Source: Octopus sinensis
Lineage: Eukaryota
Assembly: GCF_006345805.1 (NCBI RefSeq)
Contig: NC_043006.1
Location: 35,340,001 to 35,404,000 of the forward strand
Length of the DNA stretch: 64,000 nucleotides
Direction of reading: 5' to 3'
The position numbers and the translations under genes were made by a program. Below are positions 25,791 through 39,622 of the stretch, one piece after another. Position 1 is the stretch's first letter. Every line of letters starts with the position of its first letter. The notes under the pieces were generated by a model, which saw nothing but the letters and a program-made list of their open reading frames with translations, was not told the DNA's origin and did not search any database.

Positions 25791-28705
25791 CAGTTCTTCC
25801 CTTGTTTCTTCCTTAAATAGTAGCGGGGAAAGATTTTGATGTAATTAATTACGACTTTTTTAAATATGATATTCGAAAGTCTTTGAAGTTCAATTTGTTA
25901 TTCCTCCCCAGAGACGCGATAAAATTAGGTTCCAATCAGGTACCAGAATGTCTTCTGGAATACCTGTTTGTTGAATACACCGTTTATATGTAGTGTATTT
26001 ATAACTATTGGTAAACACACTAATGAGCTGATAAAAATTGTCGAAACTAACCAAGCTTATTTTTCAATCTGGGGTCGGTTCACACAGCTTGTGGTGGGGC
26101 TAAATATTTGATAATTAAATGTACATTCGTAGATTTATTTACGACTTCTCCACTTACACGCTGTCTCTGTACTTTGTGCCATGCGTGAGAGTATGTATGT
26201 ATGTGTATAAGTGTGTGTAATGACATATGCATGTATAAGTTTTCTAACTGAATAACTCCGCTAGATGAATGGACCACTCTATCGCTATTATGGGCGATAA
26301 AATTTATACAAATGGCGATTTTCAAAACATTTGAAAGAATATGGTTGAAAAGGAAAAAATCTGAAAAGAAAAACAGAAGAAAAACAGTGTCATAAGCGAA
26401 CAGGTTGTACATAATGAACAAAAATAAAGAAGAATTGTTATGATTCTATTAAATATGAACATGTATATCGAAGGTGGGGTTCAATCACGCGTATATTTTC
26501 AAATGAGAGTAGGCGAGCGAATAATTCTGTCGATATATGAAAACAAAAGAAAATTTTAATGAAATAATAAATAAAAATATTATTATTAATGTTAGATGTA
26601 ATTTAAAAGCTGTTAAGGTCTCATTCAATATGAGAGTAAAATAAATGAAAAAAGATCATTTAGCGTTGAGTGGTAAAATATTTGGAGATGAGTGTGTGAG
26701 ATGAATACGAGGTAGAGAAGAAAGAAAGGAAAATAGGAAAATGCACATTCAACATGGAATTTAAATGGTTTGATTCTAGTGATTTAGGTGAGAATTACAG
26801 ACTGGTGAAAACATTCGTCGTATCTCATAGAAAGTGATTAAGAATTCTAGTGTAGCGATAGTGAGTGCTACACCCTGACAACCCGGTGAAGCGCCTAAAT
26901 GTGTCCGAACGCAATACGTTAATGCACATGTTGCTGTCGATGAGTTGTTTGTGGACCCACTGATCCGTAACTGATCCCTCACTTCCAATTTACCTAAATC
27001 AGACCAAAACTGTAAATTTTCTTTCGTTGATAATCTTCCTGCACATCTCACAACATTCTCTTCGATTTTCTCTACTTTTACGCCTTCCACAACTACTTCC
27101 TCACCGCGAATTCATAAAAACGATTTTTTAAATTATTATTTTCATTATTTCGGGGACGTGAACAAACTATATTCCCATTATTTCTGATAAGAGAATTGGG
27201 CCGAAATATCGGCAACAATTCTGTCAGTGGCATACAAAGGTATAAGTCTTTACACTTTACCGATATAATATATGCAGCCTAGGTAGACGACTATTCGCTT
27301 CCCTGAATTCTGCCTTCTTAAACACATACAGGCATATAATATATGTGTGTGTGTATGTGTTTGTGCATGTGTATATGTGCATGTGTGTGTACGTATGTAA
27401 TATGTGTGTGTATGTAATATATATATTTGTGTGTATGCATGTTTGTGTATGTGTGTACGTATATAATATATATGTGTGTGTACCTATGTAATACATGTGT
27501 TTTTGTGTAGATGTATGCATGTGTGTGTATGTGTGTGTACGTATGTATTACATATGTTTGTGTGTATATGTATGCATGTGTGTCTGTATGTACGTTTGTA
27601 TTAGTTAAATAAGATTTGGGTAAAAGGCTTTTAGTATGCTATGCAAATTTCGTCCTCAGCTATTGGCTACCAGATGGCATTGTAGAGTTGAAATGCTCTT
27701 CCTACAGGATGTACATCAGAAATACTATAGTATCCGTAGAGTATATAAAAATATAAAAGTATAACACAATGAATTAAACAACATTATCTAAAATCAATAC
27801 AATTATTCCGACACACTTTTACACTCGTTGTACATTGATTCAATTACATAAATGACATTTCACTCAGTCAAATGATAGTATGAACTAAGAACGGACTCAT
27901 TGAAAACGATCCCCTGAAGAGGTGCATCTTACACATTGGATACATAATAGGGTTGATTACACCCATGTAATACGAGTGTTAAAATATGTCGAAACAATTG
28001 TTATAGTTTTATATAAAGAATGTCGTTCAATCTATTTTCTGTTATGTAAATGTATGTATGTATTTATGTATTTCTTTATGTATATACACTTGTATATAAA
28101 AGGTATTTAAAGACACTTAATAGTCAGTAGAATACTCTCTTCGAACCAACTAAAATGTATTTATTTTGTTTTGTCCTCATGCCAGATTAAAATGCTAAGA
28201 CAAAAAACACAAATCATCCAGCCATAGTTCAAAATATGCTAAACACAAACATTCAGAAATTGACAACATCCTAACTGTTGCAAGATCTTCTAAATATAGA
28301 TGTATATATATGTGTATGTATGTAACGCTGTGTGACCTGTTAAGCAACCTGTTGAGAACCGATAATCAATAAAGCAATTGTTGAATAAATGTTCGATAGA
28401 AAGTGTTAAAGATATATTTTATTCGTTAATGTCTTACGTTAGCTTGGAAAGAAAAAGATAAACGAAGACTGCTGAGATTTTTTTAAAGATAAGACTCGGT
28501 TAGATCCTCATCTTAAAGTACCAAAAGGTCAAGGGTTTTAGCTACTTTAGTACAGAAAGTAGTAGATGCTTATTAAACATGTGAACGTGATTGCGTAGAC
28601 AAATATACATCTATACGTAGAAAAAATACACGCAAACACATCCACCCAAACATATACATATATATATGTGTGCGTATATATCTATATCTATATGTATATA
28701 TATAC

Positions 28706-28743
<38 letters not shown>

Positions 28744-28748
28744 GTATG

Positions 28749-28796
<48 letters not shown>

Positions 28797-28863
28797 ATTA
28801 ACAAGATGAGATAAGAAAATCGAAGGGGTGTGAAAAGTTTTCAGAACATTCATAAAGAGAAGG

Positions 28864-28909
28864 TCGTACAGATGCTTCCGGGATATCTATATATTCCTTC
28901 ATCAGAGAC
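28864..28909 (-). ncRNA. Decayed type I hammerhead motif (PLE-like 3' end)
   Basis: Minus strand TCT-CTGATGA-AGGAATAT(ATAG)ATATCCC-GGAAGCATCTGTA: the CTGATGA core and stem II are intact, while GAAA and stem III are mutated. Confidence 0.4.
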
Positions 28910-28969
28910 GGTGTGAGAAAATGTTTAAATAATAGTTACTATAGAGAAGATATGAAATACAGGATAAAG

Positions 28970-29012
<43 letters not shown>

Positions 29013-29169
29013 ATATATATATATTTGTGTGTGTGTGTATAATATGTGTGTATATGCAAGTATACACCACACACACATAGAAAAAGAACAAGGGAGACAC
29101 ATGAGATAGATTGATATATCAATATATATAATATATACGTATACACATGTATATTTGTGTTTATGTGTT

Positions 29170-29220
<51 letters not shown>

Positions 29221-29375
29221 GGCATATAATTGTTAAAGAGGACAACATATGTCAAGGCAAACATATAGTATCCGTAGAATATATAAAAATATAAAAGTAT
29301 AACACAATGAATTAAACAACATTATCTAAAATCAATACAATAATAATACTTTAGTATTATTGGAAGAAATTCTTT

Positions 29376-29431
29376 ATCTCACAGGTATTTCTATGATATC
29401 CCAGAGTATGGGATATTCCGTCATCAGAGAC
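29376..29431 (-). ncRNA. Decayed type I hammerhead motif, same family as 28864-28909
   Basis: Minus strand TCT-CTGATGA-CGGAATATCCCA(TACTC)TGGGATATCATA-GAAA-TACCTGTGAGAT. Confidence 0.4.
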
Positions 29432-29636
29432 AAAGGTCGGAAAATAGGGAAAAGGAGAAGGGTGTATATACATGAAATACAATATAGAGAAAGGGAGCAA
29501 AGGAATACGGGGATGAAGTGAGATAAGAAAAAAGAAGCATAAAAGTTCATAGTTCAAATTCCCGATGTTGTAAAAAGAAGTGCATAAGTCTAAGCGTACC
29601 TAACCTTTTTAGATCACTTGTGAACTAAACCCCCAT

Positions 29637-30160
<524 letters not shown>

Positions 30161-30271
30161 ATATATATAGGTAGGTATGTAGGTAGGTTGTATGAAGTAC
30201 TGTGTGTAAAAGCAAGTGCATAAGTCTAAGCGTACCTAACCTTTTAGATCACTTGTGAACTAAACCCCCAT

Positions 30272-30371
<100 letters not shown>

Positions 30372-30446
30372 GGTAGGTATGTAGGCAATATAAAGTACTG
30401 TGTGGAATATATTATGTAAGATTCATGGGTAAGGCCATAATAATGC

Positions 30447-30579
30447 GAAATAAATCCAATGTAACTCGCAAGGAAACAGGCATATGAACTAATGGTGACT
30501 TACGCTAAAATAGTGAAAGCAGGGTAAGTCACCATTAATTCATATGGCTGTTTTCTGTGATTTAACTTGGATTTATTTC
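30447..30579. repeat. Fold-back (imperfect inverted repeat, ~57-bp arms, 20-nt loop)
   Basis: Inner stem CATATGAACTAATGGTGACTTAC (30481-30503) pairs with GTAAGTCACCATTAATTCATATG (30524-30546) with 1 mismatch. Outer pairing is GAAATAAATCCAA/TTGGATTTATTTC. Confidence 0.9.
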
Positions 30580-30608
30580 ACCTTGTTCCGGCGTTACACA
30601 CGAATTTT

Positions 30609-30724
<116 letters not shown>

Positions 30725-31568
30725 ATATATATATATATGTATATATATATGCATGTATATATACATGTATGTATGTATTGACAACAATATATATACAACA
30801 CATATATAACTACAGAAAGTAACACAGAGAAGGAAAGCTGATCACGCAGTCACTGTTATCTGTGGTGATGCGTGAGAATCTATATGGCTGAGTGTGCGTG
30901 AATAAGCGTATGGTATGTACATGCCTATGTAAGTATGTACACGTGCATATGTGTCTCTTTACGTTTGTATCATTACAAAACAGCCATCAATATTGACGAT
31001 GAATAATCTTCGCCAGAAGGATTTACCATTTATCCATTTCCAATTGATTTCTTACACATCATAGAGCGAACCAGCTGCTGTTGTCTGCGATAAGCAAGAA
31101 CACCTGTCCTCTGTCTTTCTCTGTTCAGCTCTCTGATTCACAGATCTTTAATGCTGCTTCAATGACGTTATTTTTGCAGATATCACAATGAAAAAAAAAA
31201 AAAAGGCCTGTATTGGATTCTCTTCTTCCTTGTCTCTTTTCTTCCTCACCTCACTTCTCCCTTGCTCGCTCTCTTCCTCATAGCATCTGAATGTTCTTTA
31301 CGATACTTATGGTAATGTTGTTTTTAGTATCTCTTATTATATTTTATAGTTTTATATTGCAAGTATTTTGTAGTAAATCTTATCGTGTAAATGAATGATA
31401 AGAATGCGACCAGAATAATCGAAGGCATTCACACACATAAACATCAACAGAGAAACACACGCGCACACATACTTATATATACAATATATATACTGGTATA
31501 TAAATACATACACACACATTCACACACACGTATGTAAAGTTATATACGTTTATATATATATATAAGTG

Positions 31569-31617
<49 letters not shown>

Positions 31618-31868
31618 CATATGCATAGGTATATATATATATATATGTGTGTGTGTTTGTGTGTGTGTGGGTGTATATAGACTTATATTTATACACGTGC
31701 ATTCGTGTGTGCGGGAGTGTGAGTAAAATCACATGTGTAAATCGTATCAAGCTTGAAACTAATGTCTATTTCCCTGAGATATAATGTACAATGGCCAGCC
31801 AACAGCGCATACATACATGTACACGCACACGCACACACATACACGTAACACATACACACACATACACA

Positions 31869-31947
<79 letters not shown>

Positions 31948-32315
31948 CTGTGTATGTCTATGCATGTATTTAAGATTTCGAATAAGATGAACAGGATGTA
32001 GTAATGATTCTACGATAATGTTCATAATGATGGTGATGCTGATGAGTGGAGGAGGAAAAGAGAAAAAAGGCTAATAAAGAGCGAAGTCGCATGTCATTCT
32101 AACCGGATAATTAATAACGAACGATGCTATAAGGATCCTATTTTTAAGCGTAATGGTTTCAGTTTGTTTCAAGCCAAATATATTTACATCGTTATGTCCG
32201 TTCACAGCACGTTTAGCGAATATATTCTGACGCCGCGTTGACCAAAACCACGTGAGTGTTACTTATTACATATATTATGAAGAGCAATATTATCCAACAC
32301 ACACACACACGTATA

Positions 32316-32359
<44 letters not shown>

Positions 32360-32389
32360 TGAGTTTATATGTATCTCAGGACGATATCA

Positions 32390-32437
<48 letters not shown>

Positions 32438-32596
32438 GTATGTATATATATACATAGACTTATACATACATGTACATAGATACATTATATAAATATATAA
32501 TTTTATATAATATATCTATGTATATGTATATATATATATACGTTGTGTGTGTGTGTGTATACATACATGTAGGTGCTTCTGTATCTAAGGACAATA

Positions 32597-32642
<46 letters not shown>

Positions 32643-32645
<3 letters not shown>

Positions 32646-32759
32646 GGCCATATAACTTTGAAAACACCGGTTCTCGTCCGATCACCCAAGTTAAGCAGAG
32701 TCAAGGCTAGTTAATACTTAGATGGGTGACTGCTTGGGAAACTTAGGTGCTGTAAACAT
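32643..32759 (+). rRNA. Dispersed 5S rRNA copy, probably a pseudogene
   Basis: TACGGCCATATAACTTTGAAAACACCGGTTCTCGTCCGATCACCCAAGTTAAGCAG...GATGGGTGACTGCTTGGGAA..AGGTGCTGTAAAC matches invertebrate 5S from about nt 4 to 120. The first 3 nt are replaced by (TA)n and there are substitutions in the internal control region. It is a single copy, not part of an array. Confidence 0.9.
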
Positions 32760-35026
32760 CTTTCACTCCTTTTACGAACAGGCGTGGCTGTGTGGTAAGA
32801 AGCTTGCTTCCCCACTACGCATGTCCGAGTCAGTGTTGTGTTTGGCGCTGATGTGGTGAAGACGTGCTCTTGAAGCCGTCTTGAATTGAAAAGTCTTAAA
32901 GCTCCGCTGTAAGCTAAGAGTCTTGTATTTTGGGTCCAGTTGGAGTTGTTGTTAGCGGTAATACTTTTTTTGTACAAGTAAGAAGTCCGCACTGGATTCT
33001 AAATTCTGATCTGCCTGCAATGGAGTGAATATTTGTTTCTCACTTAATTGTGAAAATTTTCGTTTAGGGGCGTATCCGTCTTCCATTTAGTGGTTCACGT
33101 TAAGTGAATATTTTTTCTCACTTAATTGTGAGAATTGTTGCTTGGAGGTGTATCGTGCCTACTAAAAATTTGTTCACAACCTATCAGAGAGGGGGCAATG
33201 TTGCCTTGCTACCCTTGAGAGCGGGGTGGCTTCATTCGAAAGCTAAAACAATGTAAAGTGTATCGTGACCAGCGATGCATAACACACGATACGCAGGTCG
33301 ATTACGTTACATCATAACTAGATACCATATGGACTGAGATCCCACTTGACAGGGTGCTGATAGCAAATAAATTGTTAAATTTTTGAGCTATGTAAATTGG
33401 TAGCTTCAGCTGTCTGTATCTACTGGATTGTTTTAGTATATAATAAATATTTCTCTTCGATTGCAGAGGTTCGTGATTTCAGACGTTACGGATTGGAGAC
33501 GTCACTGCATATTTCACTTTTGATGCAGACGTCACTGATGAGAATGCAATAAGTTGCGAAAATTCTTTAAGGCCATTCTTTTATTCTTTATCCAATCTAC
33601 GGAGAAAGAGCTAAATTTGTCATATTTGTGTTTCTGCTACACAGGTTTTAATCATTCTATGTATATAGGTCGTTAAAATCTGATAGCCATCTTTATCACT
33701 TGCGTCACTTCGTGGAATGCGGCGACTTTGTGATGCGGTCGTGAGTGTTTTAGCCAAACACAATGGCCCCAGTGATACCCGTGCCTTAGGCTGAATAGAG
33801 GACATAAACAAACCAATAGTTATGCAGTGGGGAGGACAGACACAAGCACAAGGAGACACAATGACACACACACACACACGCATGTATGCAGGAACACCCA
33901 CACACGCAAACATACAAACACACGCACACATACACACACACGCACACATACACACACACAGACACACACACAACGTCCCTCCGTCTACTAAATTTACTTA
34001 CGAAGCGCTGGTTGGCCGGGAACAAGAGTAGAAGAAACTTCATGTGTGTGTGTGTATGTGAGTGTGTGTGTGTATGTGAGTGTGTGTGTTTGTGTGAGTG
34101 TGTGTGCGCGTGTGTGTATGCATATATTTTTGTATGTATACATGTATATATATGTATGTATGTGTGTGCATGTGTCAGTGTGTGCGCGTGCGTGTATGTA
34201 TGCAGTTTTGTATGTACATATGCATGTATATATGTACGTATACTGTGATAGATAGAAATACATATACATGTATATACATACATATATATAGACGCAAAGA
34301 CACATACACGCACACGTACATACACATACACACAATGATACATACATACATGCATATATACAAACATACATACATACATTCATACATACATACGTACATA
34401 CATACATACATACATACATACATACCTACATACATACATACATATATACATACATACATACATAGATACATACAAACAGACCAAAATACCCTCTTGTTGA
34501 TGTTGAAATTCCAATAAAGAAGCCTTGGATCTAGGTTAGAAACCGGTTCTTTCTCTATCGGCAAGAAATCTTGAAATAAACTGAATATTGACATACATGC
34601 GTTTGTACGTTTGTGTGTACGAGTGGTCAAGTTCACTGCAACGGCTGTTGCTGAAATTAATTGGCAAAATACTGACATGGCAATAAATTTGATTTATTTT
34701 TACTATCTGGTCATTTAACTTTCCTATCCAAACACGTCGAGTCCATTATCTTTCGTGATTTGTCAAGGATTGTCTACAGAGAGAGACAACCGCTAATCTT
34801 CTCCAAGACCCACTCCTTTGTTGTCTATATTCGAATACTATAACACATCTTTCTATCTGCTCCAATCTTCAAATCAAATACGACACTTCATTAATGGAAA
34901 TTATACGCCCATAATGGATCTATCACACACATGTCTCTGAGTGCTTTTCGCTCTGTATTTAAATGTGTGTGTGCGTATGTGCGTGTGTGTGCGTGTGTGT
35001 GTGTGTGTGTGTTTGTGTTTGTGTGA

Positions 35027-35200
35027 AGGCGCATCAGATAATGGCTTTGCGTATTGCATTCAAGGACGTGGTTTCGATACCCAGAGTGGCGGCACGTTGT
35101 GTTCTTCAGCAAAACACTTCATTTCACATTGGTCCACTCTCCTAAGCTGTAGATGCGTAACCCTGCGAAGAACTAGTCCTTCTATCAGGTGAAATGTTGG
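35027..35200 (+). mobile_element. tRNA-derived SINE, old copy
   Basis: GGCGCAT...TGGCTT...GGTTTCGATACCC...GTGTTCTTCAGCAAAACACTTCATTTCAC. Confidence 0.5.
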
Positions 35201-35432
35201 TCTGTTCGCCTAGTCAGAGGAATGACATCATTCAAAATTCAAAATGACGCTCAATGCATTGTGACAAGCGAGATATAACAACATCCGATAATCTGATATC
35301 ATACGTGATCATATTAAATTTATATATACATATACATACGTGTGTATGTTTATGTATATATATATATACATATATATGTATGTATGCGTGTATGTATGTA
35401 TGTATGTCTATGTGGTAGTATTTGTGTGTGTA

Positions 35433-35488
<56 letters not shown>

Positions 35489-35494
35489 CAAAAT

Positions 35495-35603
35495 ATGCAG
35501 TGCGATCGTTTCATGCGACCCCATTTAATTGAACAATGCAAATATTAAATCAGTTTTTGCATTGTTCAATTAAATGGAGTCGCATGAAACGATCGTACTG
35601 CAT
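35495..35603. repeat. Near-perfect hairpin (48-bp arms, 13-nt loop) built from a hammerhead 3' half
   Basis: Arms 35495-35542 and 35556-35603 differ at 2 positions. The right arm and its downstream flank are homologous to 55817-55895. Confidence 0.95.
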
Positions 35604-35732
35604 TACCTCTGGAGATCCTTGTTGCTTATTTTGATTGTAATCACCCTATTTTGAATTATATGGATAATACCATACTAAATTCTGGTGTCTTTAACTTAAG
35701 TACCATATTCAACTGAATCTAAATTTTTTATG

Positions 35733-35795
<63 letters not shown>

Positions 35796-37480
35796 GTTAA
35801 TGATTGTCGCGATATCAAGTTATATATTTGAAAACAATGTTTAAGAATTACTCAATAATTTTGGTAGTGCAATGTATATACAATTTTCAAAAGAGGAGAG
35901 GTGACAGTAATTTCGAAGTTTGGTCAGACAAAGGCTAATAAGCCAAAATTTCGAATTCATCTCCATCACGCTTCAAGAGTTTCAAATGCGAATGCATACA
36001 CACACAACTATCTGCGTGTATGTATGTATGTATGTATGTATGTACGTATAGATGTTGTTGTTACACTTTTGACACGTAATCCAGAACCAGTGTGAGGGAT
36101 TGCTCCGTGTTCGTATTAGGCAAGAAGCTAAAAGTTTTTGCCCATCATATACATATAGTAAGAGAGACACATACAGACATATATTCATGCATGTCAGTCA
36201 TCACATACGTATGTGTAGATGTGTGTATGTTTAATAATATACCGAACGCGGAAACACACACACAGTCACAGGGACCGTGGTATAAAATGTCCTTTACTAT
36301 CTTGTACGTATCAAACGCGAAAATGCACATACAGCCCCATACACACTCATATAAAATGTTCTGTACAATAGTTGACTATAGAGGTTATGTTTCTGAAATG
36401 TTATATTGTTTACACACTGAAAGATTCACACACATACAGTCACAGACACGTAGACACTCATATACAAAATGTGACGTTGTCGTCGAACACGGAAACACAC
36501 ACATACTGACAGACATACACATTCATACACTCACACACATACTCATTTATACACACTCATATAAGAAATGTGACGTTGTCGTCGTCGTCATTTTGGTGGT
36601 CATATAAACTGTAATGAACTATATTATTCTATAGAAAGATTATCTCTATAAAATGGTAAATTAAAGGTAAATGCGACAATGATTATCATAAATAAATTTC
36701 TTAATATATAGTTATATACATAATAGTATATCAGATTTGATAAAGAAAAGGGGATCACGTACCTACGTTGTTGCTGTTGTGATTATAACACCTCGTTGTA
36801 AACAACGTTTCTTGTTTTTCCTTCTCGAAACAGATTTGTTTTGCCTCCGACTCTTGAGTAGCCAACATAAATTGGGAAGAGTAGAGCTATCAACTGAATC
36901 TGTGATAAAGATTTTATCACCAACCGGACCATCAAAGGAAGGTGAGGCATGTTTTCTGTGTACGGTCACAATAATGAAAGAGTGTGCATGGAGAACCAAA
37001 GTGCAATGAATCGTGACAGGATACTTCGTCTTCGGTACTGATTTCTATTCTACTTCAGGTACATTCTGAAGAGCAAGATAAGGCTAGAGAAAAGAAACCT
37101 GTCGCGAAGTATATAGGAGAAAAGATGGAAGGATGTCCTGTGGAAATTGGGAGTGATAGTCCCTACTTAATTCCAAACATGCTAAAAGCAAGGTGTAGTC
37201 GCCGACTTTCCGGTCATAGTTCGTGAAAATAAGTTTGTGAAAATTTTCAATTTATATATATGTATATATATATATGATTCATCGAATTTTTAATTATAAG
37301 GTCAATTAGCACATTTATGTTTGTAACGACCTGTATTGTCCTTCTTTGTAATAGATATTTATTATCATAATAAAGAAATCAGTGGTTGTCACACGCTGAT
37401 GACGGTTCAATGTCAAGAAAATCGGGTCCGCGTGTATCACGTCAGGCTGGAGATTTGAAAGATGACTTCCTTTGCAAAAG

Positions 37481-37534
<54 letters not shown>

Positions 37535-38316
37535 TATATATATATACATGTGTGTGTGTGTGTGTGTGTTGTGTATGAGACCAATATATACATACATACA
37601 TATATATATATATATAATATACATATATATAGGTGCGTAAGCATACATACAGACTGACAGATAAACGGACAGACAGATAGACAAACAGATAGAGGGAAAG
37701 ATATATAGATTCAAAGATAGGCAGCCAGACACACAGAGAGGCAAATATATATGTGTGTGCACGCGCGCGTGTGTGTGTGTGAGTGTGTGTGTGTGTGTGT
37801 GTGCGTGTGTGTGTGTGTATGTATATATAAAGAGAGAGAAAGAGACCGATACATATAAAGAAAGACTGATAGACATAGATGTGAGGAGATAGTTATACTT
37901 CTCGTGATGTTGAACAGATCCTTATGCTCAGAGTTAATAAGATATAGATCTATCAGTGAATGGGCTGTGCGTGATGATTTCAACACGTAATGCTCATGTC
38001 ACATGAAAACCTATAATCATTTTGAAGTTCCGGAACCAATTTCAAGCTGCATTAAAATAATTGATGGTCTGGTTTCAGTAGAATACTGAAGGCCATCAGA
38101 TTATCGTGGCACTATTGTCAAGAGAAAAAAAGGATGCACACCATTTCTATCATGTCAGCAGCAATACAGATCAGAGCCTTCATTGACACTAAAGCGCACT
38201 CGCTTTTCATTTTTTCTTCCTTTCCCCTTTTATCTTTGACGTACACTAGCATACAAAAATACACGCTGATATAATCTGATGCATACATTAGATTAAATAT
38301 TCTATATTGTGTGCGC

Positions 38317-38370
<54 letters not shown>

Positions 38371-38441
38371 ATATATATGTATATATATATATGTGTGTGT
38401 GTGTGTGTATATATATATATGTATATGTATATATATATAAT

Positions 38442-38520
<79 letters not shown>

Positions 38521-39591
38521 GTAGATCGATTGATATATATATAATTGAGATTCAATTGAATTAGGTACTTACGTTGAAACAGCATGTCAGTCCGGTATTC
38601 TCCGCACTGCTCGAAGTAAGGTTGAGTAAACTCAAAATAAGCAACAAGATATCAAGGAGCGATGCAGTACAATGCCTGCCTAGACATGAGCTGTCAACTC
38701 ACTCTTGTCCTTTATTCTAAATAGACACAGTCCTTTAGTCTTGGATGTAGTAGCTGATAAAAAGACATATAAATTAGAAGTAAACCACAATCCCTTACAA
38801 GCTACGACCCAAGTTGGCTTCATGCCTTTCTTGGAAGTGTAGCCTATTCTTAGCTACAATAGCGACAACATGGATTTCTTCCATCTTCTTGCTCTGTTAA
38901 AATATTTGCTCTGCAAATATGACAGACGTTCTACCGTAGGACGGAAGCAATCCTACGAACTTATACACGTTAACAGTTCTGTTCTTAGCAGTCAGAAACT
39001 ATATGTTGTTTATGTTATAGGAGATTAGAAACGTGGAGTTAAATAGTTTTAAAACGTGAAACGAGACGCAGGTAAATCTACAAATAAAAGTGCGTAAATA
39101 TTGCGGTAAAAAACGTTTTGAGTAGAAAAAGTCAAGGTTACGTGAGTAACTAGCGTTTAGCACTGAAAAGTGCTGTCATATCGTCTCGCATCTATATATT
39201 TCGTTTCTACTATGGAGAGATATATCAAAATTAATTACAAATTACAAAAAAAAAAAAATGCCAGAACGGGGAAATTAAATTTCAGTTTCATATTCGAATG
39301 TTTGTGACAGTAAAATCCTAGTTCTACTCGAAAAAAGGTGGAATTAAATATCTATCAATTTTCTTTTCAAGATAGTAAACAGAAATGTGTAACAGGTTTA
39401 GCTTAAACATTCAATTATACCTGAGACTGACGTACAGGTTTGTAGTAGTGCGCACCCCCCCACACACACACTTACACATGCACACAAACATATATACACA
39501 AACATCCAGACATACGTGCAAAGCACCTGCCTGCACACGCACGCGTGCAGATCTAACTATCTAACTATATATAACTATATAGCTATATAAC

Positions 39592-39622
<31 letters not shown>

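Noticed and set aside
26776-27090. 104-aa non-repetitive minus-strand ORF
   Set aside because: It starts at a non-ATG codon and has no recognisable domain or convincing splice context; one such ORF is plausible by chance in 64 kb.
34505-34560. Hammerhead-like ...AAGAAGCCTTGGATCTAGGTTA-GAAACCGGTTC
   Set aside because: It has GAAAC and an ACCGGT stem III but nothing resembling a CTGANGA or compensated core, so it was not counted as an HHR.
36270-36600. Recurrent CACTCATATA..AAATGTGACGTTGTCGTC units
   Set aside because: Irregular spacing within CA-rich sequence indicates a degenerate minisatellite. It is not a CRISPR-like array: no constant repeat or spacer length, and a eukaryotic context.
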